64,000 nt of DNA, from positions 960,001 through 1,024,000 of the forward strand of contig OY970172.1 of assembly GCA_963707655.1 (NCBI GenBank). The letters are read 5' to 3'. Each line of letters begins with the position of its first letter. Within the stretch, counting starts at the first letter, position 1. A model generated the notes under the pieces. The model had not been told where the DNA came from, did no database searches, and saw nothing but the letters and a program-made list of their open reading frames with translations. This stretch comes from an uncultured bacterium (GTDB taxonomy: Bacteria > Babelota > Babeliae > Babelales > Vermiphilaceae). Below, piece by piece: positions 59,870-64,000 of the stretch. Both the position numbers and the translations under genes were made by a program.

Positions 59870-59928
59870 CAAAAGTTGCTCAAGTAGTGCGCACATAAGT
59901 GCCCCGATAATCCAATAGGGGCACACCA
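59870..59928 (+). other. att junction 6, degenerate, with internal inverted duplication
   Basis: CAAAAGTTGCTCAAGTAG...GTGCCCC-gataatccaata-GGGGCACACCA. Confidence 0.75.
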
Positions 59929-60030
59929 GTTCTCGCTAAGGCTTGCTATGTTCTCTGTATTATTGAACTTTGCGTAGCACTTCAGGAAAAATTATGAAAT
60001 TATTCAAACTGAGTTTGTTGATTGTGTTTA

Positions 60031-60339
60031 TTAACTGAGATATTTTTCAATATTTTGCTTCAACTCACTCTCCGGCATTTCTCCCAATGTTCTTCCCGTT
60101 TCTTTCTTATTTTTTATAAAAATAAAAGTAGGAAGAGAGACAACATTAAATTGCTCAGTGAGTTCGGGAAATTTATCAACATCAAACTCAGCGAACATAT
60201 ATTTTTGACCCAGCTCTTTTTCAAGCGCTTCAAAAATCGGTTTCATCTTTGCGCAGTGCGAGCACCACGTTGCAAATGCTTTTATAATAATTGGCTTAGC
60301 TGATTCTTTGACAGTATTTTGTATGAGTTGTGTAACCAT
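60031..60339 (-). CDS. Thioredoxin-family protein
   Basis: FATWCSHC, DVD, SLPTF; AAGGAG RBS. Confidence 0.85.
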   Translation of the reverse strand: MVTQLIQNTVKESAKPIIIKAFATWCSHCAKMKPIFEALEKELGQKYMFAEFDVDKFPELTEQFNVVSLPTFIFIKNKKETGRTLGEMPESELKQNIEKYLS

Positions 60340-61198
60340 TAAAATCTCCTTATTTTTCTTTAAGATCCAATCTAAAACTGAAGATCAATCATTCTTGCTG
60401 ATTGCCGGAAAGTTCCGCAAATCATGTAAGCGGTGGGAACTTTGGAGAAATTGGAATCTCGACTTCACGCAGAAGCGGATGCGTAACCTCTCTCACATTT
60501 TTAGTTTTAGCGCTCATTTTAATTCCTTATCTTCTTTAAAAATGAATTTTTATTGCGTGCATAAAGTCACTATTATTCACTTGTTATGAGTATTGTTACT
60601 ATTTAAAGCAAATGTTTATGCCCCAGGTCAAGAGCTTAATCGGCTATCGGCGATAAAGTTGAACAGCCGATCGAGCTGCATGGCACGACTGCATGAAACG
60701 TGTAAAAAAATTGAACGTAAGGAATACTTTGATAGTTTTTTTGGCTAAAGAATAATATTGCCTAAGGATCGTATTGCCAAAACTAACGAATTCTCTATAA
60801 AAGAGCTGCTGTACTCAATAGGAAAAATACAATAACCTACGGAGAAGTATTTTAATAGATAAGGCTGTTCTCTCTTTTAACCGCTCCGCTGCAAATCGAA
60901 TTGATAATATTAATCCATAATGCTAAAAGTATTTTTTTTCTAAAAAATAAGTCCTTTCATGACTTGCTCAGATTTAGACTAGCAAATTTATTTTTTTTTA
61001 ATATAATGATCAAAAAATTAGAATCTTGAGGCCTTTATAATTCCTAACATTTTAGGTTTTTAGTAGTTGAGCGTTATTAACAGAGCGCGCTGTATCTTTA
61101 CGATTAAACGCAGTGGTCTGTAATTTTTAAAAATCATGATCTTATAAATCATGAAAATTCATCATATTTAAAGACTTACTAATTAGGAATGTATACTT

Positions 61199-62863
61199 AT
61201 GATTTCCAAAAAAATATTCTGTGTAATTACTATTATGTGGTTCTTCCTTCAGGCAAGTGACCATGACAATGGGTCCGTTGAACATAAGAGTGCTAATATA
61301 GATCAATATCTAAATGAAATAAGTTCTGAACAAGAAGAAAAAACCCAAATATTAGAACATATATTAAACAATTCAGCTGGGACTTACATAGATCTAGGAA
61401 CCGGCGGGGATTCGATTTCTTATCTAATTAATAATATTCCCGATCACTTACCAGTCACGCTCATTGGATCTGACATTGATAGCACTATACTCAATGCTAT
61501 TCCACAAAGACATCAAGCAATAGTCCCTTATATGCGAAGTTGTGATACTAGTAAATTACAATGCAAATTGGTTCGAATGGATGCAACCAATATGTATCCA
61601 ATCAGCAATAACTCCATAGATGGCGTCTCAGCTTCAGCCTTAACACACGAGATTTTTTCTTATGTCCCTACTAAAAGTTCATTAGATCAATTTTTCATCG
61701 AATTGATAAGGGTTTTAAAAGAAGGCGGCGTTTTTGTTTATCGAGATCCAAAATGGGATAGTAATCCCGAACAAGATTGTTTGGTTATTTTAAAGGATAA
61801 ATTGGCGAAATTTTTTGCTGTTCTATTTATTCCACGTTTTCTTGACAGAAAATTTACGGAACGCACAGATTACAAAAACCAATGTATAAAGCCAACCCTT
61901 TATAACAATTCTCACTTTAGAATCAACTACTTTAACAAAGGACTTAATAAAAGTAAAAAATCAAAGATAGAGGATTTTATTAATGTTCCTTTAACAGACA
62001 TAGATTTCAGTAGAAATATTTCTATTGAAGCCCCTAGAGGATTTATTAGTGAAATTCAAAGACATTATATCCTTTTCCTAAAGAATGTTTTTTTAACGGA
62101 ATTGATTGATAAAAACTTCTTTGATCGAGAAATTATAAACATTGATAATTTGCCTCTGGAAGAAGGAGCTATATTTAGAAACTTCTTGCAAAGTCATCAC
62201 ATAGATGACAGTTTAATTTCTACCTCCGCAGATCTTTTTCAGAAGATACTTCAAGAGAAAAAGCGTTTCTATAATTTTTTAGAAAATGGGTTATGGTGTA
62301 AAATCACCGACATGGAAAAAGCGCATAAATTTTGCTCCCATTTGTATGCCAATGGCATTAATAAAAATGTCATATGTATTCAGGATAATCATCTATGGGC
62401 AGACGCAAAAATAGCAACTTTACTGTTTCAAGATTGTCAGAAAGGACTTTTTGAGTTTCTCGATCAGACAACATCTTCAATACCGGTGAATGCTCTAGAA
62501 TGGATGAAACGAGAAGGCGAAGAATACTATTTTTATAAGACAACCGATGAATTAATTACGTATATAGGTCAGCTCACCAAGTTCCATTTAAAAGGAACCG
62601 ACAAAGATGGGTATTTGTTGTGTCCCGTGAGCCCTAATCATGTCAAGACAATTTCTCGAAATTTATATAAAAACATAGTCCGCGCACATACTGAAGTAAT
62701 GGATATAGACGGTAACCAGGAAGATATAATTTTCGATAAAAATATAATTCATTTTAAGCTAATGAAAACATCCGATGCATTAGCAGTATATAAAGAGTTG
62801 TGTAAAAAAAATGATCATATTTTTGTTCAATTAAATCAATGGATTCAAAATGGCTTACGATGA
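61199..62863 (+). CDS. Class I SAM-dependent methyltransferase-domain protein with signal-peptide-like N-terminus
   Basis: IDLGTGG, GSDID, MDAT, HEIFSY, RVLKEGGVFVYRD; large uncharacterised C-terminal region. Confidence 0.75.
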   Translation: MISKKIFCVITIMWFFLQASDHDNGSVEHKSANIDQYLNEISSEQEEKTQILEHILNNSAGTYIDLGTGGDSISYLINNIPDHLPVTLIGSDIDSTILNAIPQRHQAIVPYMRSCDTSKLQCKLVRMDATNMYPISNNSIDGVSASALTHEIFSYVPTKSSLDQFFIELIRVLKEGGVFVYRDPKWDSNPEQDCLVILKDKLAKFFAVLFIPRFLDRKFTERTDYKNQCIKPTLYNNSHFRINYFNKGLNKSKKSKIEDFINVPLTDIDFSRNISIEAPRGFISEIQRHYILFLKNVFLTELIDKNFFDREIINIDNLPLEEGAIFRNFLQSHHIDDSLISTSADLFQKILQEKKRFYNFLENGLWCKITDMEKAHKFCSHLYANGINKNVICIQDNHLWADAKIATLLFQDCQKGLFEFLDQTTSSIPVNALEWMKREGEEYYFYKTTDELITYIGQLTKFHLKGTDKDGYLLCPVSPNHVKTISRNLYKNIVRAHTEVMDIDGNQEDIIFDKNIIHFKLMKTSDALAVYKELCKKNDHIFVQLNQWIQNGLR

Positions 62864-63356
62864 AATTTTAGATATAGTATCACCTCTTGATGAAGTGATC
62901 GGTCAAGAAAAAAGAAGCATTGTATACTCTCAAAAACTCTATTTTAGGGTTATTAACGCCTTTGTATGTAATTCACAAAAACAACTATGGATCCCACGTC
63001 GTCACCCAAACAAGAAATTATTTCCATTATTTCTGGATTGCAGTGTGGGAGGTCACGTTGCTGCAGGAGAAGATTACGATCATGCTTTTGTGCGCGAGAC
63101 AGCAGAAGAGTTGAATGTTGATATCGATACGATTCCATTTAAAAAAACCGCACGATTAACTCCAATCACTCATGGAACCTCTGCATTTATGTGGGTTTAT
63201 ATTATTTATTCTGATATTGCGCCTATGTTTAATAGAGATGATTTTGTTGAGTATTATTGGCTAAAACCCGAAGAAATAGTCCATCGTTTAGAAACTGGTG
63301 ATCAAGCCAAAAGTGACTTGCTGCCAATATTAAATGAAATTAAGGATAAATTATGA
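62850..63356 (+). CDS. NUDIX hydrolase (IDI/YfcD-like)
   Basis: RRHPNKKLFP, SVGGHVAAGE, RETAEEL. Confidence 0.88.
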   Translation: MAYDEILDIVSPLDEVIGQEKRSIVYSQKLYFRVINAFVCNSQKQLWIPRRHPNKKLFPLFLDCSVGGHVAAGEDYDHAFVRETAEELNVDIDTIPFKKTARLTPITHGTSAFMWVYIIYSDIAPMFNRDDFVEYYWLKPEEIVHRLETGDQAKSDLLPILNEIKDKL

Positions 63357-63997
63357 GATTTTTATTTGTTTTATTGATCTGTTCATTTATCAATGCAGAA
63401 CATTATGTTTTAATAGGTCCACCGGGATCCGGTAAAGGAACCTTCTCTCACAAGTTAGTACGAGAACAAGATTATTGCCAAATTTGTCCTGGAGATATAG
63501 TAAGAACTCATATAAAAAACGAGACTGAGCTCGGAAAAGTCATCAAGCCAATAGTGGAAAGCGGTGATTATATAAATGACGGAATAATTTACAAAATCAT
63601 TGAAGCCCAGATAACAGAATGCGTAAAAAACAAAATTTCATTCATTTTAGATGGCTTTCCGAGGCATGAAAACGGATATTTGTTCATTAAAGATCTTTTC
63701 AAACGATTAAATATTGAGGCTGAGATAACTTTCGTTCATTTTCTCGTTGATGACTCAACTTGCATTGAGAGAATATCCAATCGAGTTGTATGTTTTGAGT
63801 GTTATAATGTTTATAATCTAAAAACCAAGCGACCTTTGATTGAAATGACATGCGATGAGTGCTATAAGCCTTTGGAAATAAGGCTGGGGGATACGATTCA
63901 AAACACCAAAAAAAGATTGCTGTATTTTAGAGAAATTATCGAGCCAATAGTTGAATTGGCACAAAAAGATTTTAAGGTGCTTATCATACAAAGTTAG
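63353..63997 (+). CDS. Adenylate kinase-family nucleoside monophosphate kinase
   Basis: GPPGSGKGT, GDIVR, ILDGFPR, Zn lid CFEC/CDEC. Confidence 0.88.
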   Translation: MRFLFVLLICSFINAEHYVLIGPPGSGKGTFSHKLVREQDYCQICPGDIVRTHIKNETELGKVIKPIVESGDYINDGIIYKIIEAQITECVKNKISFILDGFPRHENGYLFIKDLFKRLNIEAEITFVHFLVDDSTCIERISNRVVCFECYNVYNLKTKRPLIEMTCDECYKPLEIRLGDTIQNTKKRLLYFREIIEPIVELAQKDFKVLIIQS

Positions 63998-64000
63998 TAA

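Noticed and set aside
46340..59928. CRISPR array (recurring ~35-bp sequence, Cas4-like nuclease nearby)
   Set aside because: Repeats are 2.5-3 kb apart and separated by whole genes, they end in the tRNA 3' sequence, and no cas1/cas2 or effector genes are present

Overview
AT-rich bacterial chromosome segment. The gene content and many signal-peptide hypothetical proteins suggest a small-genome, host-associated lineage such as Ca. Dependentiae/Babelota (TM6); this is an inference, not checked. Positions 1-36 kb are mostly housekeeping: priA, polA, rpmA, secF, rho, tsaD, smpB+tmRNA, pheT, lspA, pgpA, comF, sbcD, glmU, rsmA, mreB, tRNA-Ser, SPFH/NfeD, tkt, plus a paralogous family of alpha/beta-hydrolase lipoproteins. 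From tRNA-Arg(TCT) (36006-36082) onward lies a compound island. It opens with a 10.3 kb element carrying a large serine recombinase (LSR), a PD-(D/E)XK nuclease, a helicase with 12 HA repeats and a tyrosine recombinase. Five 2.5-3.0 kb units follow, each bounded by a copy of the tRNA 3' end (GGGCACACCA). Four units carry a signal-peptide polymorphic toxin with a swapped C-terminal domain (one colicin D-like) plus a candidate immunity gene; the two distal toxins are disrupted near their 5' ends. The LSR gene runs through the att core and stops inside the tRNA. Each downstream att arm encodes, in the same frame, a conserved 24-28 aa alternative LSR C-terminus, so integration appears to truncate the recombinase. 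A structured hairpin repeat family sits directly on tRNA, tmRNA and att-core CCA ends.
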